NCBI GenBank assembly: GCA_963823655.1
Contig: CAWGMK010000013.1
Location: 96,001 to 160,000 of the forward strand
DNA length: 64,000 bases
Direction of reading: 5' to 3'
DNA from: an uncultured Bacillota bacterium
GTDB taxonomy: Bacteria; Bacillota; DTU025; MWDF01
The position numbers were made by a program, and so were the translations under genes. Each line of letters opens with the position of its first letter. Position 1 is the first letter of the stretch. The notes under the pieces are model-generated. The model was given only the letters and a program-made list of their open reading frames with translations. It did no database searches and had not been told where the DNA came from. Below, piece by piece: positions 18,601 through 29,236 of the stretch.

Positions 18601-21600
18601 ATGCCCGGCGAGAAGTACGAGGTACTTGTCTGCGGCGGCGCAGGCTGTCTGTCATCCGGATGCCAGGAAGTCAAGGAGAGGTTAGAAACGGAACTGGCGA
18701 ACTCGGGACTTAAGTCCGAAGTGAAATTGACTCTTACAGGATGCATGGGCCCCTGCGGCCTCGGACCTTCGGTAATGGTCCAGCCGGGGGGCTATTTCTA
18801 TCAGAAGGTAAAACCTGAGGACGCATACGAAATCGTTTACGGGCACCTTTTATCAGGAAAGCCGGTAGAAAGGCTTATGGTGAGCGACCCTCTGAGCGGA
18901 AAGCCCCAACCAAAGACGGAGGACATTCCATTTTTCAACAGGCAGCTCAGGATAGTGCTAAGAAACTGCGGAATCATTGACCCTTTGGAAATAGGCGACT
19001 ATATCGCAAGAGACGGCTACAAGGCGCTTGAAAAGTGCCTTACGTCCTTCAAGAGGGAAGAAGTAATCGATGCAGTGAAGAAATCTGGCCTAAGAGGAAG
19101 AGGCGGAGCCGGCTTCCTTACGGGCTTGAAATGGGAATTCACTTATAAGGCAAACGGAGATCCGAAATATGTGGTCTGCAATGCCGACGAGGGTGATCCG
19201 GGAGCTTTCATGGACAGGAGCGTTCTAGAGGGCGACCCCCATTCCGTAATCGAGGGCATGGCAATAGCAGCATATGCGGTAGGCGCAAAGCTTGGCTATG
19301 TATATGTGAGGGCGGAATATCCACTTGCCGTGAAGAACCTTGGCCATGCCATAGAAGCTGCGCGCAAGTCGGGCTTCCTGGGCAAGGACATCTGCGGCAA
19401 GGGGTTCGATTTCGACCTTGAGATAAGAGTAGGGGCGGGTGCTTTCGTATGCGGCGAGGAGACAGCGCTTCTGGCATCGGTCGAGGGCAGAAGGGGTGAA
19501 CCGCAGGCCCAGGCCGCCTTTCCCTGCGCAAGAGGGGCTATGGAACAAGCCTACGGTCCTCAACAATGTGGAGACCTACGCAAATGTCGCACAGATCCTG
19601 CTCAGAGGATGGGAATGGTTCGCGTCGATTGGCACTGAGAAGAGCAAGGGCACGAAAGTTTTCGCCCTGGCTGGCAAGATCAGGAACACCGGACTTGTCG
19701 AAATTCCGATGGGAACGCCTCTTGGCGACATCATCTACGATATTGGCGGAGGGATACCCGGCGACAGGAAGTTTAAGGCTGCACAGACCGGAGGGCCATC
19801 GGGCGGTTGCATACCTCCTCAGTATCTGAACACGCCGGTAGATTACGAAACGCTCAAGGAGCTAGGTACAATCATGGGCTCCGGCGGGCTCATTGTCATG
19901 GACGAGGACACATGCATGGTGGACCTGGCCAAGTTCTTCCTTACTTTCATCCAGGATGAATCCTGCGGTAAGTGCTCGCCGTGCCGCATAGGCACCAAAC
20001 GCATGCTTGAGATAGTTGACAGGATTACCAAGGGCAAAGGCAGGCCCGGGGATATCGACCTGCTTTTGGAGCTTGGCAGCATGATAAGGGCTACTGCCCT
20101 GTGCGGGCTAGGACAGACTGCCCCGAACCCGGTCGAATCGACCATACGCCACTTCAGGAAGGAATACGAGGATCACATAAAAGGCGCAAGGTGCGAGGCT
20201 TCGGTATGTGCTTCGCTTTTCGAATCTCCCTGCAAAAACAGCTGCCCTGCGGATGTTGACGTGCCCAGGTACATTGCCCTGATGAAAGAGCGCAAATTCT
20301 CCGAGGCAGTTGAACTGATAAAGAGGACAAACCCGTTCCCTGCGGTGTGCGGCCGCGTATGCGACCATCCGTGCGAGGGCCACTGCAGAAGGCGCGACAC
20401 AGACGAACCGCTTGCAATAAGGGCCCTTAAGAGATTTGCGGCCGATTACGACATGCTTCACCCGACTGCGCCGAAGCAAATTGTAAGAACCGGGCGCAAA
20501 GTGGCGATAATCGGCGCTGGCCCCTCTGGCCTTACCGCCGCATATTACCTCGGGCTGGCGGGCCATGACGTCACCGTATATGAATCTTTGCCTGTTGCCG
20601 GAGGGATGATGGCGGTAGGGATACCCTCTTACAGGCTGCCAAAAGACGTGTTGGAGCATGAGATAAAGGCCATTACCAACATGGGTGTGAGAATTGAGCT
20701 GGGCCTCAAAGTCGGCAAGGACATCTCCCTATCCACTCTTATAGAGACCAATGATGCAGTTTATGCCGCGGTAGGCGCTCATGTTGAACAGAAGCTTGGC
20801 ATACCTGGCGATGGACTTGCCGGTGTGATGTCGGCAACAGGCTTCCTAAGAGATGTCGCATTGGGCAAGCCTGCGAAGATCGGAAGCCATGTTGCAGTAA
20901 TTGGTGGCGGCAACTCAGCCATCGATGCAGCTAGAACAGCCCTAAGGTGCGGCGCCGCCGAGGTTAGCCTCGTATACAGGAGGATGAAGGGCGATATGCC
21001 CGCCGAGAAATCGGAGGTAGAAGCCGCGATCGCCGAGGGTATCAAGATATACTTCCTGGCAGCTCCAACTTCGGTAGAGGCAGATGGCGGCAGGCTGAAG
21101 CTCGAATGCGAAAGCATGGTGCTGGGAGAGTTCGACAAATCGGGCAGGAGAAGGCCCAAAGCTTCAGGAGAGCAGGGGTTCACGCTTAATGTGGACAGCG
21201 TGCTTGCGGCAATCGGCCAGAGCCCGGACCTGACATTTGCTGAGGGTTTCAATGGCCTTGCAACTACCAGATCAGGAATAGTCCTCGCCGATCCGGACAC
21301 CGGCGAGACCAATATCGAGGGGCTTTACAGCGGAGGCGACTGCGCGACCGGGCCGTGGACGGTAGTCGCGGCCATTGGGGCCGGCAGGAAGGCGGCGCTG
21401 GCAATAGACAAGAGGCTTGGCGGCATTTGGCATGTTCATGCCGACGACGAAGTACAAAGGGAGCTTATTGGGGAGATTATCGAAGATCCCATGCCGAGGG
21501 CCATCATGCCGGAGCTTCCGGCAATGGAGCGCATATCTGGCTTCGGCGAAGTAGAGCTCGGCTTCAGGCTTGAAGACGCGCTATTGGAAGCGTCTAGATG

Positions 21601-21625
21601 CTTCCAGTGCGATGTCAGGGATTAG
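18601..21625 (+). CDS. hydB: HydB/NuoF subunit fused to a GltD/NfnB-like FAD-NAD(P)H domain; +1 frameshift at ~19501-19504
   Basis: N-terminal 2Fe-2[48 protein letters not shown]; then [33 protein letters not shown]. Confidence 0.88.
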
Positions 21626-21639
21626 GGGGTGTACCGATT

Positions 21640-23391
21640 ATGATTAACCTAACGATAGACGGCAGGAAAGTTAACGCCAGGGAGGGCACCTCCGTTATAG
21701 AGGCAGCGAAAGCCGCGGGCATCAAGATTCCTTCGCTTTGCTACCTGAAGGGCATAAACGAGATAGGGGCCTGCAGGGTGTGCCTGGTTGAAATCGAGGG
21801 GGCCAGGGGCCTCGTAACCAGTTGCACGACCAAAGTCGCCGAGGGCATGATAGTCAGGACGAACACTCCTGCCGCAAGACAGGCCCGCAGGACGGTCCTG
21901 GAGCTGATAATATCCAATCACCCGTACGATTGCCTTAAATGCGTGCGCAACAGGTCCTGCGAGTTGCAGGAGCTGGCGGAGGAGATGGGCATCAGGGAGA
22001 TCAGGTATGAAGGGGAGAAGTCGCATCACGAAATCGACAACTCCACATATTCGATAGTAAGGGATCCGGACAAGTGCATACTTTGCAGAAGGTGCATTTC
22101 GGTCTGCTCCAAAGTTCAGGGGATTGGTGTGGTAAACACCCAGGGCAGGGGATTCGACACCATAGTAGCCCCCGAGTTCGAGCTTCCCATGAATTCAACA
22201 ACTTGCGCCATGTGCGGCCAGTGCATACTGGTCTGCCCGACAGGGGCTTTGAGCGAGAGGGATTCTACCGATGTTGTGTGGGATGCGATAAATAACAGGC
22301 AGAAGCACGTAGTCGTACAGACTGCACCAGCCGTAAGAGTGGCGCTGGGTGAAGAATTCGGAATGGAGCCTGGCTCCCTCGTTACGGGCAAAATGGTTGC
22401 GGCCCTAAGAAGGCTTGGCTTCGACAGGGTCTTCGATACGGACTTCACGGCGGACCTAACCATAATAGAAGAGGGCACCGAGCTTATAAGAAGGGCGCTG
22501 TCCGGCGGTAAGCTGCCGATGATTACTTCATGCAGCCCCGGATGGATCAAATTCTGCGAGCATAACTATCATGAAAGCCTCGGCAACCTGTCTTCATGCA
22601 AATCCCCGCAGCAGATGTTCGGGGCGCTTGCGAAGACTTTCTACGCCCAAAAGGCAGGGGTAGACCCCGCTTCCATATTCTCAGTGTCGATAATGCCCTG
22701 CACGGCCAAGAAATTCGAATGCGAAAGGCCGGAGATGGCAAGCTCGGGCTACAAGGACGTAGACGCGGTGCTTACCACAAGGGAGCTTGCAAGGATGATA
22801 AAGCAGGCGGGCCTTGATCTAAACTCCATAGAACCGGAGCTGTATGACGCACCATTTGGCATATCAACAGGTGCCGGAGTCATTTTCGGCGCCACCGGTG
22901 GCGTCATGGAGGCCGCCTTAAGGACCGTGTATGAGCTTCTTACCGGCAAGAGCCTGGGAGATTCCCCCGATTTCGAAGAAGTAAGGGGGATGCAGGGGAT
23001 CAAAGAGATGACAATAAAGCTGCCTGAGGAGCTTGCCTCGCCATATGAAGCGCTTGCGGGCCTTGAGCTGAGGTTTGCCGTTGCTCATACACTTGAGAAC
23101 GCAAGGAAGGTAATGGACCTCGTGAAGTCGGGGCTTGCGCCTTGGCACTTCATCGAGATAATGGCCTGTCCGGGCGGATGCATTGGCGGCGGCGGGCAAC
23201 CAATTGGGACCGATCTTGAAAGAAGGTTGATGAGAATCGAGGGGACCTATTTGGCCGACCGGAACCAGGGGCTGAGGAAATCGCATGAGAATCCCGCGGT
23301 TCAGGAGCTGTATAGGGACTTCCTGGAGGAGCCTCTGGGCCATAATTCTCACCAGCTGCTCCATACTACATACACCCAAAGGACGAAATAG
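21640..23391 (+). CDS. hydA: [FeFe]-hydrogenase catalytic subunit (group A)
   Basis: H-cluster motifs TSCSPGW, MPCTAKKFE, EIMACPGGCIGGGGQP; N-terminal 2Fe-2S, HxxxCxxC and 2x[4Fe-4S]. Confidence 0.95.
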   Translation: MINLTIDGRKVNAREGTSVIEAAKAAGIKIPSLCYLKGINEIGACRVCLVEIEGARGLVTSCTTKVAEGMIVRTNTPAARQARRTVLELIISNHPYDCLKCVRNRSCELQELAEEMGIREIRYEGEKSHHEIDNSTYSIVRDPDKCILCRRCISVCSKVQGIGVVNTQGRGFDTIVAPEFELPMNSTTCAMCGQCILVCPTGALSERDSTDVVWDAINNRQKHVVVQTAPAVRVALGEEFGMEPGSLVTGKMVAALRRLGFDRVFDTDFTADLTIIEEGTELIRRALSGGKLPMITSCSPGWIKFCEHNYHESLGNLSSCKSPQQMFGALAKTFYAQKAGVDPASIFSVSIMPCTAKKFECERPEMASSGYKDVDAVLTTRELARMIKQAGLDLNSIEPELYDAPFGISTGAGVIFGATGGVMEAALRTVYELLTGKSLGDSPDFEEVRGMQGIKEMTIKLPEELASPYEALAGLELRFAVAHTLENARKVMDLVKSGLAPWHFIEIMACPGGCIGGGGQPIGTDLERRLMRIEGTYLADRNQGLRKSHENPAVQELYRDFLEEPLGHNSHQLLHTTYTQRTK

Positions 23392-23426
23392 CGCATCTGA
23401 TCAGATCTTTCTTGAGAGAATGAATG

Positions 23427-23476
23427 CTCCCCTCAAACGAACGGCAGAAACCCGGCTGTCAATTGAGGGGAGTTTT
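23427..23476 (+). terminator. Terminator-like hairpin after hydA
   Basis: ctcccctcaa/ttgaggggag stem plus TTTT. Confidence 0.55.
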
Positions 23477-23590
23477 ACTTGCCCGGGAGGCGAAAACGCT
23501 AGGCATCTAGAAATGAATAGCCGAGCAGATTAGGCCCGATAAGGGCTGGCAGCAATGTTCATGGTCAATTGAAAAGGGAGATGCGAGGCA

Positions 23591-24550
23591 TTGATAGGCA
23601 AAGGCGCGACGGCAATCAATCAAGACAGGCTGGAATGGCTGCTGGAATCGGATCCTTCCATCAGATACCAGACCTATAAAGACCTATTGGGTGAGCCTGA
23701 AGCAAAACTCCAGGGCCTCAGGGCTTTGATTACGGAAGAAGGATGGGGTTACGCATACCTTTTGCGGATGAATCCGGACTGCTCATGGGGCGATGAGTAT
23801 TACAAGCCCAAATGGAAATGTACGCATTATACTTTGCTGGAATTGAGGAATCTTGAGGCTGAACCTTCGCTTCCGGCAGCGCACAAGGCAATCGATGACG
23901 CAATAAAGGCCAATATCGGCCGCGACGGCGGAATCAACCCATCCCGAAGCCCGCGCTCAGCCAGCGATGTATGCATCAACGGAATGTTTTTGAGATTTGC
24001 CTGCTATTTCAAGCAGCCTGAGTCGTCCCTAAAATCGATAATCGATTTTCTGCTCGCTGCGAGGATGAACGACGGAGGATTTAATTGCCAGTTCAAGAAG
24101 GCGGCGACAAAACACGGCTCCCTTCATACCACACTATCTGTATGCGAAGGGCTGCATGAGTACATCAAGGGCGGGTATGGATACAGGCGAAACGAGGCAG
24201 GGTCCGCCTTGGCGAGCGCTCATGATTTCATGCTTTTACACAGGCTCTATAAGTCCGACAGAACCGGTGAGATTATCGATTTGAAGTTTCTTGAAATGAG
24301 GAACCCGACCAGGTGGAGGTATGACATATTAAGGGCTCTGGATCATCTCAGGTGCGCGGGTGCGCCATACGATGTCCGGATGGAGGATGCCATCCGGTAC
24401 ATAAAGGGATTGATGAACGAAAGGGGCAGGTGGAAGCTGGGCCGGCGGCTTCCTGGAGAAAGGTACTTCGATATGGAGAGGCAGGGTTCCGAAAGCCGCT
24501 GGATTACACTCAAAGCGCTGCGAGTGCTCAAAGCATATGGTAATGAGTGA
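23591..24550 (+). CDS. Conserved hypothetical protein, prenyltransferase/squalene-cyclase-repeat-like
   Basis: WLLESDPSIRYQ, YKPKW, DGGFNC, RWRYDILRALD, SRWITL.ALRVLK. Confidence 0.7.
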   Translation: MIGKGATAINQDRLEWLLESDPSIRYQTYKDLLGEPEAKLQGLRALITEEGWGYAYLLRMNPDCSWGDEYYKPKWKCTHYTLLELRNLEAEPSLPAAHKAIDDAIKANIGRDGGINPSRSPRSASDVCINGMFLRFACYFKQPESSLKSIIDFLLAARMNDGGFNCQFKKAATKHGSLHTTLSVCEGLHEYIKGGYGYRRNEAGSALASAHDFMLLHRLYKSDRTGEIIDLKFLEMRNPTRWRYDILRALDHLRCAGAPYDVRMEDAIRYIKGLMNERGRWKLGRRLPGERYFDMERQGSESRWITLKALRVLKAYGNE

Positions 24551-24551
24551 G

Positions 24552-24582
24552 AGAAGGACCGGCACTATCTGCCGGCCCTTCT
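24552..24582. terminator. Hairpin between convergent genes
   Basis: agaaggaccggca/tgccggcccttct. Confidence 0.55.
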
Positions 24583-24607
24583 TGTCAACAATATGTTTAC
24601 TTAGCTC

Positions 24608-25135
24608 TTATTTGCCGCTTTCGATCCCTCTGAAGAATTTCTCCAAATTCTCCGGCAGCACGAATGGCCGTTCAACTTCGCTCTGCGGCCCGGGGGCATA
24701 AATGGCCGCCAATATGGCGTCAATTATTAGGGCCTTGGGCGGCGTAAGATATTGCTTGCCGTTGTAGTGCCATACCCTGCAATCGACGTCATCGCCGCAC
24801 AGGTCCCCGCACTCCTTGCAACCGGTCTCAGCAATCGCAGGCGCGATATCTTTTCCGTTAACCTTAATAGTCGGGGAGGAGGCAAACCTGGCGTCTATTG
24901 CCTGCTGCCTTGTCTTTACGAGAATTTTGTTTAACCTTATCTCCACGCCGGTTGAGCCAAGGGCCAGGCGCGCCTCGGACAACGCCTCCTCCAGCGCAGC
25001 ATCAGTGCCTTTGCATCTTCCGCACTCATTCAGATCGATAAACAGAAAATCTACTACCAGGACCTTTTTGACTGCCACTTCTTCAGCAGTGCAGTCATCC
25101 GTGCAACCGCAGCTGCAACCGCATTGGCTTTTCAT
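24608..25135 (-). CDS. DUF2703 thioredoxin-like Cys-rich protein
   Basis: DFLFIDLNECGRC.GT, SSPTIKVNGKDI, CKECGDLCG..VDCRVW. Confidence 0.8.
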   Translation of the reverse strand: MKSQCGCSCGCTDDCTAEEVAVKKVLVVDFLFIDLNECGRCKGTDAALEEALSEARLALGSTGVEIRLNKILVKTRQQAIDARFASSPTIKVNGKDIAPAIAETGCKECGDLCGDDVDCRVWHYNGKQYLTPPKALIIDAILAAIYAPGPQSEVERPFVLPENLEKFFRGIESGK

Positions 25136-25243
25136 AATATTCCTCCGTACCCTAAAGCGCCTGCCTTATCTGAAAGGCCGCTGTACTTATGATAGAATTA
25201 TAATGCTTAAACGGAAAGTCTTTTGTTTTTGGAGGATTTTCGC

Positions 25244-26536
25244 ATGCATTTCTTCGAGGATTTCAAGGTCCGTGACGGCTTGTCAGTACATCTATGGCCG
25301 ACCAAGAAGTTCCGGACCGTTTACCTGCAGATATACTTGCACAGCCCGCTAACAGATGAGACGGCCACTTTCCTGAACCTTCTACCGGCCGTCCTGACCA
25401 GAGGAACCAGGCAATTTCCCGAGACAAGGCTTCTTAATACCAGGCTCGATATGCTTTACGGGGCCGGAATCAGCTCTTCATTCACCAGACGCGGCGAAAG
25501 GGGCTTGGTAAGCCTTTCGGCGAACATGGCGGATATCAGCTGCGAGGGCAGGATTCCGCTTGCACATCTTTGCGAACTGGCAAAGTCAGTAATGTTCGAG
25601 CCTGCCCTGGCCGACTCGGGAATGCTTAGGTCCGATTTCCTGGCGCAGGAGAAAGCCGGCATCTTAAACGACATTGCGTCAGTCAAGGACGATAAGGACG
25701 CATGGGCTGAGTACAGGTGCATGGCGAATATGGGCAAGGATGAAGCTTTCAGCGTGCACCCATATGGGGACGAGGACCTTCTGAAAAGCATAGGGCCCGA
25801 GCCTTTGACTTCATGGTGGGCCAACGTCCTGCCAGAGCTTCCTGCGGACATCTTCGCAGTAGGGGACTTCGATGTGCTCGAGGCGCTGGAGCTGATTACG
25901 AAGGCATTCGGAGGGGCGATCAAAGGAAGCTCTGACCCGGGCTCTGCTGCGACGTACAAACCTGCGCCCGAAATTCCTGCGGTTGTCGAGGAGAATGCCG
26001 AGACAGTTCAGGCAAAGCTTGTCATGGGATGGCGCAGCAGGACGAACTGGGCAAGCCCCGACTATCCTGCACATGTGCTGGCAAATCATATTTTCGGCCA
26101 ATATTCCCAGTCCAAGCTCTTTATGAACATTCGCGAGAAAGAGGGCCTGGCATACAGCGTAGGTTCGAAGATAGAACCCACCAAGGGACTTGTTTACGCC
26201 TTCGCCGGGGTTGACCCGAAGAAGGTCGAAAAGGCAGTGGAAGTAGTAATTCGCGAGCACAATGCCCTTGCAAACGGGAATATTACCGAAAAGGAGCTCT
26301 CCGACGCAAAGAAGAGCATGGAGATGGGCATCAGGATATCGGCCGACAGCCCCGCATCTCTCTATTCCAGGGAGATGACCGGTATTGTGAACGGCAGGCG
26401 TTTAACAATAGAAGAGGCAGTCCGTGGAATCGAGGCATGCAAAGCGGAAGAGGTGGCAAAAGCCGCATCCGAATGGAAGCTGGACACTATCTTTAAGCTA
26501 ATGCCCAACTCATACGCGAAAGGGGGCAGGGGATGA
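25244..26536 (+). CDS. ymfF: M16 peptidase-like inactive subunit (YmfF)
   Basis: TKKFRT, L..LYGA, QAKLVMG, SKLFMNIREKEGLAYSV; no HxxEH. Confidence 0.82.
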   Translation: MHFFEDFKVRDGLSVHLWPTKKFRTVYLQIYLHSPLTDETATFLNLLPAVLTRGTRQFPETRLLNTRLDMLYGAGISSSFTRRGERGLVSLSANMADISCEGRIPLAHLCELAKSVMFEPALADSGMLRSDFLAQEKAGILNDIASVKDDKDAWAEYRCMANMGKDEAFSVHPYGDEDLLKSIGPEPLTSWWANVLPELPADIFAVGDFDVLEALELITKAFGGAIKGSSDPGSAATYKPAPEIPAVVEENAETVQAKLVMGWRSRTNWASPDYPAHVLANHIFGQYSQSKLFMNIREKEGLAYSVGSKIEPTKGLVYAFAGVDPKKVEKAVEVVIREHNALANGNITEKELSDAKKSMEMGIRISADSPASLYSREMTGIVNGRRLTIEEAVRGIEACKAEEVAKAASEWKLDTIFKLMPNSYAKGGRG

Positions 26537-27834
26537 TGGTATCCAGCATGAGGCCGATGGAGAAGGCGGAGGTCAGGACCTTGCCGTCTGGGCTTGAAAT
26601 AGCAGTCATAAGGAAACAGGGTTACGTTAGGAAATATGCAGTGTTGGCAGCCCATTTCGGCTCCCAGGTGATTACGATGCGCTTCGCCGACGACAGGGAG
26701 GAATACGAACTTCCGGAAGGTACTGCCCACTTCCTTGAACATAAGCTCTTCGAGCAGGAAAAGGGCAATATGGAGGAGAAGTTCTCGGAATTGGGTGCGA
26801 CGTCCAACGCCTTTACTTCATCAGATATCACAGGATATCTGTTCTGTGCAAATGACAACTTCTATGAATGCCTTGGATTGCTGTTCGAGCTGGTTTATAA
26901 GCCTGTATTCTCCGATTTGGGCGTGGAGAAGGAGAAGGATATCATTAAGCAGGAGATCATGATGACCAGGGATGATCCCGACTGGATGGGATACCGCACG
27001 CTCTTAACCCAGCTTTACAGCCGACACCCCATGGCCATTGATCCTGCCGGGACCGCCGAGAGCATCGAGGATATTACTCCAGAGGTGCTCTATGCCGTTC
27101 ACGACGCCTTCTATTCGCCCGGCAACCTTACGCTCCTGGTAGTGGGGGATCTTAACCCCGAGGACGTGTTCGATGTTGCAGCGCTTTTAGACGCCAAGAT
27201 GGGGACAAAGCCAGGCCAGGAAATTGAAGTCTCTACGGTAACTGAGCCCGCAGATGTAAACAGCGCAGATGGCAAATTGAAGATGGATGTGGCCAGGCCT
27301 ATCCTGTGGATGGGTTTCAAGGATGAGCCTAAACTTTTCGGCCAATCCGCAGCGAAGAGGAAGATGGTGGCCTCAGTCCTTGCTGACGCCCTTTTCGGAC
27401 CCAGCTCCGAGCTTAATGATTCGCTTTACACATCAGGTGTAATCGATGACAACCTGGCATATGACGAACATTATGCCCCCGATTATGGCTACATAAGCCT
27501 AGTTGCGGCAACTAAAAGGCCGGATGAGCTGTTGTCGGCAGTGAAAGAGGCGACTGAGGATGCGGCCCAAAAAGGCGTTGATCCGCAAGCCTTCGAGCTG
27601 GCAAGAAGGCGCCTGATCGGCTCCCAGCTAAGATCCTTCGATTCGGAGGAGTTCGTAGCTTACGAGTTCCTTGTTGACAGGTTCAGGGATATGGACCTCA
27701 TGGAAAGGCCTTCGCTTTTGGAATCTACCACTTTGGAAGACGTCAATGAGCTGGCCCGGCAGCTGTTCAGGGAGGGCAGGATAAGCGTCCTGACAGTGGA
27801 GCCGGCTTCAGAATCCGGGGAGGAAACAGACTGA
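26533..27834 (+). CDS. ymfH: M16 zinc peptidase (YmfH)
   Basis: PEGTAHFLEHKLFE, NAFTS, VEKEKDII.QEI. Confidence 0.88.
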   Translation: MMVSSMRPMEKAEVRTLPSGLEIAVIRKQGYVRKYAVLAAHFGSQVITMRFADDREEYELPEGTAHFLEHKLFEQEKGNMEEKFSELGATSNAFTSSDITGYLFCANDNFYECLGLLFELVYKPVFSDLGVEKEKDIIKQEIMMTRDDPDWMGYRTLLTQLYSRHPMAIDPAGTAESIEDITPEVLYAVHDAFYSPGNLTLLVVGDLNPEDVFDVAALLDAKMGTKPGQEIEVSTVTEPADVNSADGKLKMDVARPILWMGFKDEPKLFGQSAAKRKMVASVLADALFGPSSELNDSLYTSGVIDDNLAYDEHYAPDYGYISLVAATKRPDELLSAVKEATEDAAQKGVDPQAFELARRRLIGSQLRSFDSEEFVAYEFLVDRFRDMDLMERPSLLESTTLEDVNELARQLFREGRISVLTVEPASESGEETD

Positions 27835-28547
27835 TGGCGGGCGCAGCAGGCCATACGCAGTCGACCAGGCTTGTGTTGATGAGGCACGGCCAGACGGCCC
27901 ATAACTCGCAGGGGAAATTCCAGGGCAGGATAGACGCGCCGTTAGATGCAAAGGGCATCTCGCAAGCAGGCGCGGTCGCGGATGCCATCCGCTCGGGAGC
28001 CTTCGGCAGGAACATAGATGCCATCTGTACGAGCCCGCTGGTTAGAGCATCGCTTACAGCGGATCTAGTGGGAAAAGCACTGGGCAGGGAAGCTGTTAGG
28101 CTGGAAGAGCTCATGGAGATCGATTGCGGCAAGGTATCCGGCCTTGGCATAGCGGAGGCGCGCACAAGATACCCGGAGGTAATGGACAGATTCTCCGGAG
28201 GATGGTGGGAAACGCCTTATCCAGAGGGACAAAGCCACAAGTCCTATGAAAAGGAGAACGTACTGCCCGCGATAAGGAAGATTGTAGGCCTTTGGGAAGG
28301 AAAGACAGTGCTTGCGGTCACGCATGGGGGATTCATAAGGACAGCTGTGCTCAACTTCCTGGGGTTGGGGCAACTCAGGCCATTCCTAAGGCAGAGGCTC
28401 GATAATTGTAGCCTTACTACTGTGGAAGTTTCGCGTTTGCTTGCTGATGGGACGCTGGAAGGGAAGCTTACCGAATTCAACCTTGATTTGATCCAGGCGG
28501 GCTCAGGTGTGATGGATGTATATTCCAAGGAGGTAGCAATCAGGTGA
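27834..28547 (+). CDS. Histidine phosphatase (PGM-like) family
   Basis: LMRHGQT..N, SPL.RA..TA, L.EIDCG, AVTHGGFIR. Confidence 0.88.
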   Translation: MAGAAGHTQSTRLVLMRHGQTAHNSQGKFQGRIDAPLDAKGISQAGAVADAIRSGAFGRNIDAICTSPLVRASLTADLVGKALGREAVRLEELMEIDCGKVSGLGIAEARTRYPEVMDRFSGGWWETPYPEGQSHKSYEKENVLPAIRKIVGLWEGKTVLAVTHGGFIRTAVLNFLGLGQLRPFLRQRLDNCSLTTVEVSRLLADGTLEGKLTEFNLDLIQAGSGVMDVYSKEVAIR

Positions 28548-29236
28548 GCGAAAAAGCGAATACTACCGTCTACCTGGTCAGGCACGCGAGCACCGATTGG
28601 AATGACGAGGGCCGCTGGCAATGCCTTGACGACAGGCCGATTGGCGAAAACGGGATCAAGCAGGCCAAATCTGTCGCCGCCTGGATTGCCGGCATACATA
28701 AGACTAAGCCTTTCGCCGCCCTCTATTCGAGCCCGTTTACAAGGGCCAGGCAGACCGCCCGGGAGATATCGGATTCAATAGGGCTGGGAGTTGTCGACGA
28801 GCCGCTTCTAAGGGAGTTTGATTGCGGGCACATCTCAGGGCTTAGATTCGAGGAAGCAAGAAGGATCCACGCAGGATTTTTGGGCAGGCTTGATGAGAAT
28901 TGGCTTGATGAGAGGTACCCGGGAGGAGAGACGAACAGGGAGTATTGGAACAGCGCGGTATCACCGGGGCTTGCCAAGCTGCACGATGCCCATCGGGGCG
29001 CTTCAGTTGTGGCCGTGACGCATGGCGGCTTTATTCGGGCAGCCGTTATGCAGGTGATGGGATGCCCTACTCACAGGCCGATAAGAGGCCTTGCAATCGA
29101 CAACTGCGCATGTTTCATCCTTGAGATAGATGGCATGGACAAACAGGGATTCATTACCGGGAGGGCATCCCAGTTGAACATCACATCTTACCTAAGGCGA
29201 GGAACGGCGCTTGATCAGGGGGGTGCGGGCAAATGA
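28544..29236 (+). CDS. Histidine phosphatase (PGM-like) family, second copy
   Basis: LVRHASTDWN, SSPF.RA.QTA, L.EFDCG, AVTHGGFIR. Confidence 0.85.
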   Translation: MSEKANTTVYLVRHASTDWNDEGRWQCLDDRPIGENGIKQAKSVAAWIAGIHKTKPFAALYSSPFTRARQTAREISDSIGLGVVDEPLLREFDCGHISGLRFEEARRIHAGFLGRLDENWLDERYPGGETNREYWNSAVSPGLAKLHDAHRGASVVAVTHGGFIRAAVMQVMGCPTHRPIRGLAIDNCACFILEIDGMDKQGFITGRASQLNITSYLRRGTALDQGGAGK

